Shown piece by piece: positions 51,389 to 64,000 of a stretch of DNA of 64,000 bases (position 1 is its first letter; the number at the start of each line of letters is the position of its first letter). The DNA is from Candidatus Latescibacterota bacterium (lineage in GTDB: Bacteria; Latescibacterota; UBA2968; UBA8231): the NCBI GenBank assembly GCA_965205655.1, contig CBDBIJ010000029.1, forward strand, positions 32,001 to 96,000. Direction: 5' to 3'. The position numbers were made by a program, and so were the translations under genes. A model generated the notes under the pieces. It worked only from the letters and a program-made list of their open reading frames with translations. It did not search any database and was not told the DNA's origin.

Positions 51389-53171
51389 ATGAGAATTACG
51401 GAAAAGCTGCTGCTCGTCTTTATCCCCACATTCATGCTCTCGGTGGTGACGATGACCTTGTTCTCCAAGCGAGCGGCCCAGCAGGCCCTGGTACACGACG
51501 TCGTCAGAAGCGGCCTGGCGATCAGTCTCAACCTGGCGCAAAGTCGCGGCATGGTGCACAGCTTCGAGAACGGCGACGAGAGGTTTCTCCTGCCAACACT
51601 GCAGAGAATCATGGAAAACACGGGCGCATTGTATGGGATGGTACTCGATCCACAAGGCTTGGTGCTGGCGCACACGAACGTGGGGGAGAAGGGTAGAAGA
51701 TATGACGACGCCATCACATCGAGAGCTGTGGAGTCCGACGAGCCGGTGTACGAGTCGCTCAATGTTGACGGCCACGCGGTGATGGACATCGCCTTCCCGG
51801 CGTGGGAGCTGGAGCGCAGTCAGACGGATGAAGAGTACCTCCTGCTCGGAAGGCAGGACCTGCGCGCCAAGCGACGCCTCGGAACGATACGCCTCGGTTT
51901 GCCGCTCGAAGAAAGCCTGAAAACGGCTGACCGGATCTCCGGCCGCGTGTTCTGGATCGTAACCCTCGTCAACGTCGTCGCTATGGGACTGAGCCTGTTC
52001 TACGTGCGCAGCATCCTGCGACCACTGCGGCTCATGGCTGCGGCCACGCAGAAAATCGGCGCGTGGCGAACTGGGCGAAACGGTGAGTGTGCAGTCGCGA
52101 GACGAGATGGGGGACCTGGCGCACAGTTTCAACCGCATGAGTCGCGACCTGGCAGCCACGACCGTATCCAAGGATCTACTCGATAGCATTCTGTCGAACA
52201 TGCGAGATGTTCTCGTGGTGACGAATCCAGACGGGACCGTAAGGCTGCTGAACCAGCGCATTCTCGAACTGCTCGACCATCGTGAGGAGGATGTCGTCGG
52301 TCGTAGTGCCGCTCACCTGTTCGCGCCAGAAGAAGATCTCTTCCGGCCGCCGGGACTGATCGAGCTCGCCAAACTGGGAGCGATCAGCAGGGAATCGGCC
52401 CTCATCAAACGATCGGGAGAAAGAATTCCCGTCCTAGTCAGGGTCGCGGGTTTTCGGGGCAGGGGCGGAGACCTCGAGGGATTCATCGTCACCGCCACTG
52501 ACATCGCCGAGCGCATCGAAGCGGAAGAGAGGATCAGGGAGTCTCTTCAGGAGAAGGAGATGCTGCTGAAGGAGATCCACCACCGAGTGAAGAACAACCC
52601 TGCAGATCATCTCCAGTCTGTTGAATCTGCAGTCGCTCGGCCTGGACGATGTCCGAGCCCTCGACATACTCGATGAGAGTCAGAACCGAGTGAAGTCGAT
52701 GGCTCTCATCCACGAGAAGTTGTATCAGTCGGAGGACATGACGAAGGTCGATTTCAAGGAGTATATCCAGTCGGCTGGCAGCGAGCCTGTTCCAGTCTTA
52801 CCAGACATCCTCCAACATCCGCCTTGAGCGTAGTCGTCGACGATGTTCTGCTGGGAATTGACCAGGCCATTCCATGCGGATTGATCATCAACGAGCTGGT
52901 GTCGAATTCGCTGAAACACGGCTTCAGTGACGGCCGGGACGGTGAGGTGTCCGTCCATTTCGGCAAGGCGGATGACCGCGTCGCCCTCACCGTCAAAGAC
53001 GACGGTGTCGGTCTTCCTGAGACCGTGGACATTCGCACCACGGAGTCTCTGGGCTTGAAGCTGGTCAATATTCTTGTCGAGCAGCTGGACGGGGAGATAG
53101 AGCTGACCGGAAACTCAGGAACGGAGGTCCGAATCGCGTTCGACCCGGATGCGAAGACCCCGGCGAACTGA
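51389..53171 (+). CDS. membrane sensor histidine kinase (HAMP-PAS-HisKA_2-HATPase), about 3 frameshifts
   Basis: Two TM helices; DE.G.LA..FN.M HAMP; LLKEIHHRVKNN; NELVSNSLKH; DDGVG; GL.LV. Confidence 0.88.
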
Positions 53172-53177
53172 CGCCGA

Positions 53178-54774
53178 TCACGGAGATTCGAGGACGCGGC
53201 GAATGGTGTGCAGAAATCGAGCGGTGTCGAAGGGCTTCAACAGTACCTCCGCCGCGCCCTTCCAGAGTCCGCGCATCGGGTGGCCGGTAACGACGACGAT
53301 CTTCGCTGCCGGATCGATATTGAGCAGCTCTGCGAAAGCTTCCTGGCTGGACATGCCCGGAGCAGACAGCTCCAGCACGACGAGGTCGATATCGGGGACA
53401 TGCCTGAACAGGTTCAGGCCATCCCGGCCATCCAGTCCCAGGTGGACATTGTAGCCGTGTTTCTCGAGCATGAGATCGATAATCTTGCGAGAGCGATCAA
53501 CGTCGGCGATGACGAGTATGGACTCCGCACCTCTCAGTGAGGCTAAATTCTGCCAGATTTGAATAGCCGCCGTCGCCTCCAGTAGGAGGATCGTCGTTCG
53601 GCTTAGCACTCTCCGCCACCGGTAAGTAGATCGATACCGTTGTCCCTTCGGGCCAGCTTACTGTCGCATTCGATCCAGCCGCCGTAGTCCCTGACGATAC
53701 CGTAGACGACGGCGAGACCCAGTCCGTTTGGGCCGTCCGGATTTCTTGGTGGTAAAGAAGGGTTCGAACATGTGGGTTTGGGTGTTGTCGTCCATTCCAA
53801 CGCCGTTGTCGCTCACAGAGACGCACACGTACCGGCCCATCGCCGTCCGGGTGGATTCTACGCCGTCAGAAGACCTCGCGGCATCTGACTGATCGGCTTT
53901 TTTCTGTGGGAATTCGATCAAACCCGAGGAAATGCGAATCGCCGGAATCCGTCCCGTGGGCCTCCTCGAGCACGGCATCTCTGGCGTTCGTGCAGAGATT
54001 GACCAGACTCTGCCTCAACTGATCCCGATTGCCGGAAACGGTGGGCACGCCCGAGTCGCCATCCACCGTGATGGAGATCTTCGCCGAAAAAATCTCGCGG
54101 CACATGCTCGCCACCTCAACGATGACGCCGTTGACGTCGATGCCGCTGTGCTCAATCTGCTCCTGCCTATAGAGCTGCATGAGCTGTGACATCAGCTTTG
54201 CAGCCGCCGTCGCGTCATATGCGGCGTCTTCGAGGAACGGTCTCAATTCATCAGGGGCCTGCATCGAGGCGAGGTCGAGATTGCCGATGACCCCGTGAAG
54301 CATGTTGTTGAAGTTGTATGCCAGTCCCGCCGAGAGTTGACCAATCGCCTCCATCTTTTCGGATTGTTTGAGACGTTCTTCGAGTCTGGCTTTCTCATTT
54401 TCGGTACCACGCTTGTAAAGAGCTATTTCAACGGCAGCGTAGAGCTCGCGCTCCTCGAATGGTTTCAAGAGGTAACCCATCGGCTCGGCCATTTTGGCCC
54501 GCTCGAGCGTGTTCTCGTCCGAGTACGCAGTCAGATAGATGACTGGAATCTGGAGCTGTCTGTTGATCTGTGTAGCCGCTTCTACTCCATCGACGTCGCC
54601 TTCTAGCTGAATGTCCATGAGGATGAGGTCTGGACGAATCTGCCCAGCCTTGTGGATTGCGTCCGCCGCCGACGCCACCACGGCCGGCACTTCGTAACCG
54701 AGGCCTTCGAGTTTGCTCTGGATGTCGAGGGCGACGATACCTTCGTCCTCGACCACCATAATGCGCGCGCTCAC
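53178..54774 (-). CDS. REC-HisKA-HATPase-REC hybrid protein with degenerate phospho-sites (frameshifted)
   Basis: N-terminal REC DLILMDI; H-box AGLAYNFNN lacks His; [24 protein letters not shown]-terminal [11 protein letters not shown]. Confidence 0.82.
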
Positions 54775-54963
54775 CGATCCCTCCTTCGTAGCAGGCCCAG
54801 AATCTACTTTGCGCATGCTGCCGGCGCTACCCGAGTTCGCGCCTCCTGGTTCGCATGCAATCAGTCTTTCCCCGTTCTTAGAGAGTCGGCGTGACATCGT
54901 CATTGGCGTTTAGCGTCTGTGAGTATGATATGACTCGTCGAGAATCTTAGAGGAGAGAGCTTC

Positions 54964-55995
54964 TTGAAGGGTGTCGTCAAATATGAGCGCGGCCACGGCT
55001 TCGTCGAGCTGAGGGACGTGGAGGAGAGACCGCCAGCGCCGAACCAGGTGAAGATCGAGGTGAAGGCCGCGGGAATCTGTGGTTCCGACCTACACATCTT
55101 CCACGACACGATCGACTACGCCATCCGTACTCCCGTCGTCATCGGACACGAATTCAGCGGTGTGGTCGCCGAAAAAGGTGCCGACGTGGGGGAAGGGGTT
55201 TGCATAGGTGACCGGGTTACGGCAGAGGCGACGATAACCGCGTGTGGGCAATGCGACTTCTGCCGCACTGAATACTACAATCTGTGTCCGGAGCGGAGGG
55301 TTTTCGGCTACTACTACGACGGCTGCTTCGCCGGGTTCTGCAATGCCGTCCACGTGCACACGCTTCCGGACAACGTCAGCTTCGAGGCAGGCGCGCTCAC
55401 AGAGCTACTCGCTTGCTGCGTGCACTCCGTCATCGAACAGACTTCTGTATCTGCCGGCGACTTCGTCGTCGTTCTCGGCCCCGGCCCCGTCGGCGTGTTT
55501 GCGGCGCTCGTGGCCCAGGCCGAGGGCGGATCGGTCATGCTGTGCGGCACCTCGCGAGACCAAGACAGATTGCGTATCGCCCGAGAGGCAGCGGGAATCG
55601 AGCACACTGTGAATATCGAGGAAAGCGATCCTGTCGAGATGACGCACCAGATGACGGGAGGCTATGGCGCCGATGTCGTGATCGAGTGTTCGGGAGCAGC
55701 GCCGGCAGTGAATCAGGCTCTCGACATGGTCCGCAGACAGGGCAAGGTGACGCAGATGGGACTGTTCGGTCGACCAGTAGAAGTCGATTTTGAGAAGATC
55801 GCCTACAAGGAGCTCGTCGTCAGCGGCGGCATCGCGCACCGACGACCCTCCTGGATGCGTGCCCTCAGACTGATGGAACAGGGGGTGATCCAACCTGAGA
55901 AGCTGATCACCCACGAGTTGCCGCTGGATGAGTGGTCCACCGGCTTCGAGCTCCTGGAGCGACAGGAAGCTATGAAGGTTCTACTGCGGCCCTGA
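54964..55995 (+). CDS. Zn-dependent dehydrogenase (sorbitol/threonine dehydrogenase-like MDR)
   Basis: GICGSDLH, GHEFSG, CGQCDFC...C, GPGPVG. Confidence 0.92.
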   Translation: MKGVVKYERGHGFVELRDVEERPPAPNQVKIEVKAAGICGSDLHIFHDTIDYAIRTPVVIGHEFSGVVAEKGADVGEGVCIGDRVTAEATITACGQCDFCRTEYYNLCPERRVFGYYYDGCFAGFCNAVHVHTLPDNVSFEAGALTELLACCVHSVIEQTSVSAGDFVVVLGPGPVGVFAALVAQAEGGSVMLCGTSRDQDRLRIAREAAGIEHTVNIEESDPVEMTHQMTGGYGADVVIECSGAAPAVNQALDMVRRQGKVTQMGLFGRPVEVDFEKIAYKELVVSGGIAHRRPSWMRALRLMEQGVIQPEKLITHELPLDEWSTGFELLERQEAMKVLLRP

Positions 55996-56020
55996 AGGTG
56001 AGATCACGGGGGGGACCAAA

Positions 56021-56058
56021 TGACAGGGGGGCTTCGGTTTTCACCTGGGCCCCTGTCG
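56021..56058. terminator. hairpin between convergent adh and dnaK
   Basis: GACAGGGG ... CCCCTGTC stem; no clear U tract. Confidence 0.4.
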
Positions 56059-56094
56059 TCGTCGTCACCGGGTGTCTACACCGACTCAGGTCGA

Positions 56095-58098
56095 TCAATC
56101 GACTACCTCGAAGTCCGCGTCGACCGCATTGCCGTCCTTCTTCTTGCCAACGCCCCTTTGCGTCTGCGGGTCCCCGCTCGGATGTCCGTTTCCCGCGGCA
56201 GGCCCCGCACCTGGAGGCGGTGGTGCGGCCCCTCCCGGGGGGGCGGCCTCACCCTGGGCGTCGGCTTGCTGCTGGGCTGTCTGGTAGATGATTTCGGCGA
56301 GTTTGTGGGAGGCTGTTTTGAGTTTGTCCATGGCTGCCTCGAGGGCCGTATCGTTCATGCCGCTGCCATCGTCGCCGGCCGCCTCGAGGATCTTCTTCAA
56401 CTCCTCGAGGGCGTCTGCCACCTCAGCCCGCTCTTGTTCGGGCAGCTGCTCGCCGTGCTCGGCCAGCGTCTTCTCGGTGCTGTAGACGAGCTGGTCGGCT
56501 TCATTGCATTTGTCCACCCGCTGTCGACGCTGTTGGTCTTCCTTAGCATGAACCTCGGCGTCTTTCTGCATCTGATCGATCTCCTCTGGAGACAGACCCG
56601 ACGAGGCCTCGATACGGATCGACTGCTCCTTGGCCGTGCCCTTGTCCTGTGCCGACACGTTCAGAATCCCGTTGGCGTCGATGTCGAAGGTCACCTCGAT
56701 CTGCGGCATGCCGCGAGGCGCCGAGGGGATGCCGTCGAGGTGAAACCGACCCAGGGTGCGGTTGTCCCGGGCAAACTCGCGCTCGCCCTGCAACGCGTGC
56801 ACCTCCACCGAAGGCTGACTGTCCGCCGCCGTCGAGAAAATCTGGCTCTTCTTCGTGGGAATCGTCGTGTTGCGCTCGATCAGATGGGTCATCACCCCAC
56901 CCAACGTCTCGATGCCCAATGACAACGGCGTCACGTCCAACAGCAGCACGTCGTCCACCTCACCAGCCAACACCCCCGCCTGGATCGCCGCCCCCATGGC
57001 CACCACCTCGTCCGGGTTCACCCCCCGATGCGGCTCCCGGCCGAACAGGTCCGCCACCAGAGCCTGCACCTTCGGCATGCGCGTCGAGCCGCCCACCAGA
57101 ATGACCTCGTCGATGTCCGAGGCGCTCACATCCGCATCGGCCAACGCCTGCTCGCACGGACGACGGGTGCGCTCCACCAAATCGTCGACGAGCTGCTCGA
57201 ACTTCGCCCGGCTCACACTCTGCTGCAGATGCTTGGGACCAGTCTGGTCCGCCGTCACGAACGGCAGGTTGATCTCCGTTTGACCAGACGACGACAACTC
57301 GCACTTCGCCTTCTCGGCGGCTTCCTTCAACCGCTGCAGCGCCATCGGGTCCTTGCGCACATCGATGCCCTCGGCCCGCTCGAACTCCTCCGCCAGCCAG
57401 TCGATGATGCGCTGATCAAAATCGTCACCGCCCAGATGGGTGTCCCCGTTCGTCGACTTCACCTCGAACACCCCGTCGCCCAACTCCAATATCGAAATGT
57501 CGAACGTGCCGCCACCTAAATCATACACCGCGATCTTCTCCGAATGACCGGCCCCCTTGTCCAGCCCATACGCCAACGCCGCCGCCGTCGGCTCGTTGAC
57601 GATGCGCAACACATCCAACCCGGCAATCTGGCCGGTGTCCTTCGTCGCCTGACGCTGGGCGTCGTTGAAATACGCCGGCACCGTGATCACCGCCTGTGAC
57701 ACCGGCTCACCCAGATAATCCTCGGCCGTCTGCTTCATCTTCTGAAGCACCATCGCCGAAATCTCCGGCGGCGTATACTCACCACCACCAACCTGCGCCA
57801 CCGCCAGATCGCGAGGACCCGTCGACACCTCGAACGGCACCTCGGTAATCTCCTGAGACACCTCCTCATACCGACGACCCATAAATCGCTTGATCGAAAA
57901 CACCGTGTTCGTCGGGTTCGTCACCGCCTGACGCTTCGCCGTCTGACCCACCAGACGCTCACCGTCCTTGGCAAACGCCACCATCGACGGCGTCGTTCGG
58001 CCTCCCTCCGAGTTGGCGATCACCTCCGGCTCCTTCCCCTCCATCACCGCCACACACGAGTTCGTCGTACCCAAGTCTATGCCGATTACCTTCGCCAT
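56095..58098 (-). CDS. dnaK: chaperone DnaK
   Basis: [38 protein letters not shown]-terminal DADFEVVD. Confidence 0.98.
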   Translation of the reverse strand: MAKVIGIDLGTTNSCVAVMEGKEPEVIANSEGGRTTPSMVAFAKDGERLVGQTAKRQAVTNPTNTVFSIKRFMGRRYEEVSQEITEVPFEVSTGPRDLAVAQVGGGEYTPPEISAMVLQKMKQTAEDYLGEPVSQAVITVPAYFNDAQRQATKDTGQIAGLDVLRIVNEPTAAALAYGLDKGAGHSEKIAVYDLGGGTFDISILELGDGVFEVKSTNGDTHLGGDDFDQRIIDWLAEEFERAEGIDVRKDPMALQRLKEAAEKAKCELSSSGQTEINLPFVTADQTGPKHLQQSVSRAKFEQLVDDLVERTRRPCEQALADADVSASDIDEVILVGGSTRMPKVQALVADLFGREPHRGVNPDEVVAMGAAIQAGVLAGEVDDVLLLDVTPLSLGIETLGGVMTHLIERNTTIPTKKSQIFSTAADSQPSVEVHALQGEREFARDNRTLGRFHLDGIPSAPRGMPQIEVTFDIDANGILNVSAQDKGTAKEQSIRIEASSGLSPEEIDQMQKDAEVHAKEDQQRRQRVDKCNEADQLVYSTEKTLAEHGEQLPEQERAEVADALEELKKILEAAGDDGSGMNDTALEAAMDKLKTASHKLAEIIYQTAQQQADAQGEAAPPGGAAPPPPGAGPAAGNGHPSGDPQTQRGVGKKKDGNAVDADFEVVD

Positions 58099-58158
58099 CG
58101 CCTTACTCCCTCTTCGACTACGTAGATTTCAGGAATCTCTAAACAATGCAGTTGGAAA

Positions 58159-58174
58159 AGCAAGCCCGGTACCA
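58159..58174 (-). promoter_or_regulatory. sigma54 (-24/-12) promoter of dnaK
   Basis: TGGTAC-CGGGC-TTGCT on the minus strand, versus consensus TGGCAC-N5-TTGCW. Confidence 0.7.
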
Positions 58175-58273
58175 CGTTGGACCGATTATTTACAACTATT
58201 ATAATAACAATAAATTACGTCTACTAAGCGAAACGCAAAATTAGTAGGCCTATGCTGTCGAGACATGAATGTC

Positions 58274-58286
58274 TGCCAAAATGGCA
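58274..58286. promoter_or_regulatory. palindromic putative enhancer (UAS) TGCCA-AAA-TGGCA
   Basis: About 100 bp upstream of the sigma54 box, separated by an AT-rich IHF-like site TAACAATAAATTA (58205-58217). Confidence 0.5.
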
Positions 58287-58321
58287 CTGAATGTGCTCGG
58301 TACATCGCCGACTCTATCGAA

Positions 58322-58351
58322 TTGACAGCGTTTTGTGGCTCCGGTTAGATT
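58322..58351 (+). promoter_or_regulatory. sigma70 promoter of uvrB
   Basis: TTGACA, 18 nt, TAGATT. Confidence 0.55.
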
Positions 58352-58376
58352 TGAGACGAGTGCGAAAGGAAAGGAA

Positions 58377-60389
<2,013 letters not shown>

Positions 60390-60446
60390 CGGCAGGAGCG
60401 AAAAGCTCCTGCGGATCCTCGGCTGGAGTGAGCCTCGGCTCCTCTT

Positions 60447-61127
60447 TCAATTCACCGCGTGGGCGCGGCGCATGACCATCTTGATCCGCGCCGCGAGCTC
60501 CTCCAGGTCGAAGGGTTTTTCGACGTAGTCGTCGGCGCCGTACTCCATCCCCTTGATCTTCTGTGGGGTGGCGTTGAGAGCGGTGATCATGATGATGGGA
60601 ATGACAGCTGTGATCGGGTTTCCCTTTAGGGTCTGGCACACCTGATAGCCGTCGACTTTGGGCAGTCTGAGGTCGAGCAGGATCAGGTCCGGCTTTTCCG
60701 TGAAAGCCTTTGCGAGCGCCTCTTCGCCGTCACCTGCATCGACGACGGCATACCCCTGATTGCCGAGAAACTCTGCGAGATTGCTGCGAACGTCTTCCTC
60801 ATCATCGACGACGAGCACCTTGACCGGTCTACTCGGATCGGGTGGCATGCCGATTGGGTTGCTGCCCGCTGCTGCCGCGACACCGATTTCCTGACGGGCT
60901 GCGGCGAGCTGATCGGCGATTTGCGATAGCGACAGACCCTTGAGTCTGAGGTCGCGAAGACGCTCGCGAATCTTGAGGATCTCCTCTCGGTCGAACAGAT
61001 CCTTGTTGCCGCGCTTATCGGTAACCCGGATTATGCCGAAGTTCTTATACTTTCGTATGGACTCGACGGACTTGCCGAGTGTCTCTGCAACTTCTCTAAT
61101 ATCAATCAGTTGATCGCTTTCGGGCAT
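60447..61127 (-). CDS. MerR-type HTH fused to a C-terminal response-regulator receiver
   Basis: IREVAE.LG....IR.Y...G; LVVDD...DLILLDL.LP..DG...ITA...GADDY..KPF; GGAG RBS. Confidence 0.85.
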   Translation of the reverse strand: MPESDQLIDIREVAETLGKSVESIRKYKNFGIIRVTDKRGNKDLFDREEILKIRERLRDLRLKGLSLSQIADQLAAARQEIGVAAAAGSNPIGMPPDPSRPVKVLVVDDEEDVRSNLAEFLGNQGYAVVDAGDGEEALAKAFTEKPDLILLDLRLPKVDGYQVCQTLKGNPITAVIPIIMITALNATPQKIKGMEYGADDYVEKPFDLEELAARIKMVMRRAHAVN

Positions 61128-61230
61128 CTGTTTGTCTCCTCCACACTTCCGGTTCCCAGGGAGCCAGGACCACCGAAGCGAGAGCGCTATCAGTAGGCGC
61201 TCTGATATAATGTACAATCACGTGGGTACG

Positions 61231-61260
61231 ATTATACTATATAGTAGCGTTTAACGTCAA
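61231..61260 (-). promoter_or_regulatory. sigma70 promoter with a palindrome overlapping the spacer and -10
   Basis: TTGACG, 18 nt, TATAAT; perfect palindrome TACTATATAGTA at 61235-61246. Confidence 0.7.
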
Positions 61261-61466
61261 GTCATTGCTCGTAGATATTATCGGCATGTCATGGGGGTTG
61301 TTTAGTTTTTGCAACTATTTAAAGGCGTGTCGGCTCCCGCTCTGCGAGAAACCTCGATGGATTGACTGGCCCGCGATACATCTGTACATTGAACCTCCCT
61401 TTTTGGGCAAGGCGAGAATACGTTTCACCCAAATCTCTGGCCGCCTAACTTTGCAACTGTAACCGG

Positions 61467-62895
61467 CGCTTTGTCCCGATCTTAGTTGAAACAGCACAGG
61501 CTCCAATCGTTACGTTTTGATACGAGAAGCCCGTTGGAAGAAGTCTCGCATCGGTAACGATGGGGAGCCTGCAATGAGCAAGCTAGTAGCACGGAAGAAG
61601 GGCGCCAAACGAACGGTGAGCATCGGCAAGGTAGCACCCGAGACTGCAGAGCAAGTAGAGGACCTGGATGGCCGGATCGAGGCGATCCAATGGCTGATTC
61701 CCTTGGGGCTGCAGGCGGTCGCGGAGGAGCTGCAAAGAGCGGTCGTTGAGTTGGCTGGGCCGCGGTATCAGCGCAAGGGGTCGGATCAGCCGTTACGCCG
61801 CTGGGGGTCTCAGCTTGGGTCGGTGTACCTGGCCGACCAGAAACTACCCGTCGATGTGCCGCGGGTGCGCAACGTGGCCAACCATACCGAGGTCCCGCTG
61901 GATGTTTACCAGGCACTGCAGACGCCTCGACAGATGGACGAAGGTCTGCTGTTGCGGATGCTGAAGGGCATCGCCACGCGCAACTACGAGGCCTGCGCTG
62001 AGGCCGTACCCGAGGCCTTTGGTCTGTCATCCTCATCGGTGTCCTGTCGTTACGTGAAAGGCACGGCTCGAAAGCTGGCTGAATTCCAGGAGCGATCCCT
62101 GGAAGGATATGATCTGGTGGCGCTATTCCTCGACGGCAAGAGCTTCGCGGACGAGGAGATCATCATCGCCCTGGGCGTCACCCTCGACGGACAGAAGATT
62201 CCTCTTGGCTTCGTGCAGGCGGCCACGGAAAACGAGCGCGTCTGCCGTCGCTTCCTGTCCGATCTGGTCGAACGCGGTATGCAGTACGAAGCCGGACTGT
62301 TGGTCGTCATCGACGGCGCCAAGGGGCTTTACAAGGCGGTGATGTCGGTGCTCAAAGGACATGCCTGCGTGCAGCGCTGCCAGTATCACAAGCGCCAGAA
62401 CGTCGTGTCGTATCTGTCCAAGAGCGAGCAGTCCGGTATGGGTCGCAAGATGGAGGCGGCCTACGGCAAACCGAGATACGAGGCGGCCAAGGCGGCACTG
62501 GACGCGCTCAAACCGGGCTTGAAGTTGATGAATCAGTCCGCCCTACACAGCCTCGAGGAAGGCATGGAAGAGACCCTCACACTCCATCGGTTGGGACTGA
62601 CGCCGATGCTCAAGGATTCCTTCCGCACCACCAACTGCATCGAGAACGTCAACAGTCTCCTGGAGCAGCTCACACACAACGTGCGACGCTGGACCAACTC
62701 ATCACAGCGTCACCGTTGGGTAGCCACGGCACTGCTCGACATCGAACCACGTCTGCGCAGGGTCAAGGGCTATCGCCATCTGCCGATGCTCCGGCAAGCC
62801 ATACAAGCCGAACTCGGCATCAAACAGCTCGCGATGATGGGCTGACACACTCACCCGAGCCTGTGGTTTGTTTCAACTGAAACTGGGCCTTGACA
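61467..62895 (+). mobile_element. intact IS256-family insertion sequence
   Basis: IRs ...CCCGATCTTAGTTGAAACA / TGTTTCAACTGAAACTGGG...; 8-bp direct repeat GTAACCGG at 61459-61466 and 62896-62903. Confidence 0.92.
61574..62845 (+). CDS. IS256 transposase
   Basis: FLDG, ALG...G.K..LG, IDG.KGL, QRC..HK..N, TTN.IE. Confidence 0.93.
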   Translation: MSKLVARKKGAKRTVSIGKVAPETAEQVEDLDGRIEAIQWLIPLGLQAVAEELQRAVVELAGPRYQRKGSDQPLRRWGSQLGSVYLADQKLPVDVPRVRNVANHTEVPLDVYQALQTPRQMDEGLLLRMLKGIATRNYEACAEAVPEAFGLSSSSVSCRYVKGTARKLAEFQERSLEGYDLVALFLDGKSFADEEIIIALGVTLDGQKIPLGFVQAATENERVCRRFLSDLVERGMQYEAGLLVVIDGAKGLYKAVMSVLKGHACVQRCQYHKRQNVVSYLSKSEQSGMGRKMEAAYGKPRYEAAKAALDALKPGLKLMNQSALHSLEEGMEETLTLHRLGLTPMLKDSFRTTNCIENVNSLLEQLTHNVRRWTNSSQRHRWVATALLDIEPRLRRVKGYRHLPMLRQAIQAELGIKQLAMMG

Positions 62896-62920
62896 GTAAC
62901 CGGATTAAAATCAGATAGTT

Positions 62921-63676
62921 ATGGCGAAGACGAACGGTAGCGTGATCGTCGCTGTGCGCGATGTCACTATGGTTTACAATGCCAAGAACAAGGACGAGTC
63001 GACCCACGTCCACGCTCTGCGAGGGCTAACGATGGACGTGGAGGAAAGGGAATTTTTTGCCATCATGGGACCCTCGGGGTCTGGAAAGAGCACTCTGTTC
63101 AACCAGATAGGGGCATTGCAGACGCCGACATCAGGTGAGGTGTTGATCGAGGGAACAAACTTGGCGAGCCTGTCTCCACGGCAGCTGGCCGCCGTCCGCT
63201 GCTTCGAGCTCGGCTACATCTTTCAGACCTACAATTTGCTGCCGATCATGAGCGCTTTGATGAACGTGGCGCTGCCGACGATTTTCGCGGGGATGTCGAC
63301 GGTGGAAGGAGAGGAGCGGGCTCTGGAGTGTCTCACTATCGTGGGACTGCATGACAGGGCCCACCACCTCCCGTCGGAGCTGAGTGGCGGCCAGCAGCAG
63401 CGTGTCGCCATCGCCAGGGCCTTCGTCAACAAGCCCCGAATCATCCTGGCCGATGAGCCCACGGGCAACCTTGATAGCAACACAGGCCAGGAGATCATCG
63501 ACTACATGCGAAATCTGAATTCGGAAATGGGCACGACGATCATCGCCGTCACGCACGACGACAAGATGCTGACGGCGGCCGATCGCGTGGCCTGGATCCG
63601 CGATGGCCGGCTCGAGCGGATCGCCAACAGGGAGGACCTGGAGATCCGCATGGGCAGTATCAAAGAGCACTCATAG
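62921..63676 (+). CDS. ABC transporter ATP-binding protein (LolD/MacB type)
   Basis: [42 protein letters not shown]. Confidence 0.95.
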   Translation: MAKTNGSVIVAVRDVTMVYNAKNKDESTHVHALRGLTMDVEEREFFAIMGPSGSGKSTLFNQIGALQTPTSGEVLIEGTNLASLSPRQLAAVRCFELGYIFQTYNLLPIMSALMNVALPTIFAGMSTVEGEERALECLTIVGLHDRAHHLPSELSGGQQQRVAIARAFVNKPRIILADEPTGNLDSNTGQEIIDYMRNLNSEMGTTIIAVTHDDKMLTAADRVAWIRDGRLERIANREDLEIRMGSIKEHS

Positions 63677-63706
63677 CTCGACCAGCCAAACCCGCACCCA
63701 GTCCCT

Positions 63707-64000
63707 TCAATCCAAGCTGTGCTTCCGTCCGGAGTTCTGCCTCCGCCGGAACCCCTCCTGCAGAAACAACTCCTGATTCGGAAATCCGTTGATGAGCGTG
63801 AAACCCCCGTCTACGGCGATCATCTGTCCCGTCATGTAGGGAATGTGGGCGAAGGAATACGCCGCCTCGCCGATATCCTCGGGTGTGCCAATGCGAGGGA
63901 TCGGCTGTGATCCGCCCTTAGCCATGACCCCGTAGGTCTCCGAGACCAGCAGTTCGTCGCCGCTGTCCGGATCGGTGACACCGGAAGGCCGGGCCGTCAT
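63707..64000 (-). CDS. C-terminus of an SDR-family oxidoreductase (partial)
   Basis: PIPRIGTPEDI...YMTGQ.I.VDGG. Confidence 0.75.
   Translation of the reverse strand: MTARPSGVTDPDSGDELLVSETYGVMAKGGSQPIPRIGTPEDIGEAAYSFAHIPYMTGQMIAVDGGFTLINGFPNQELFLQEGFRRRQNSGRKHSLD

Noticed and set aside
56020..57519. Long antisense ORFs opposite dnaK, and similar shadow ORFs throughout
   Set aside because: Expected in high-GC DNA opposite real genes; no motifs or RBS.
62890..62920. IS256 outward TTGACA forming a hybrid promoter for the ABC ATPase
   Set aside because: TAAAAT is only 10 nt away, and the correctly spaced GATAGT would place the transcription start inside the CDS.

Overview
High-GC bacterial chromosomal window with about 50 genes, one tRNA-Thr(TGT) and six insertion sequences (IS3, IS1182/IS5-like, 2x IS630, 2x IS256), three of which interrupt or truncate host genes. 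Expanded PhyH dioxygenases, Zn-dehydrogenases, ceramidase-like and HEAT proteins resemble Latescibacterota/Poribacteria-like organisms (inference only). Housekeeping genes include nfo, hemJ, dusB, adk, mnmG, dnaK and uvrB. Many single-base frameshifts, including one in adk, suggest an unpolished long-read assembly. Main highlights: (1) a chimeric channel gene (14551-17424) fusing a periplasmic amino-acid-binding domain, a pentameric ligand-gated-channel-type extracellular domain and an MscS pore; (2) a 9-gene cobalamin/folate methyl-transfer operon with two uncharacterised Cys/His proteins, running into mnmG, with a FadR-type operator in its promoter spacer; (3) a lipoprotein with an active and an inactive L,D-transpeptidase; (4) an HDOD / HisKA-only / NTT-HEAT-cNMP signalling cluster; (5) a sigma54-type promoter upstream of dnaK; (6) a 29-bp IS630-end relic that supplies a gene's stop codon. 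All calls come from reading motifs by eye; no searches were run.
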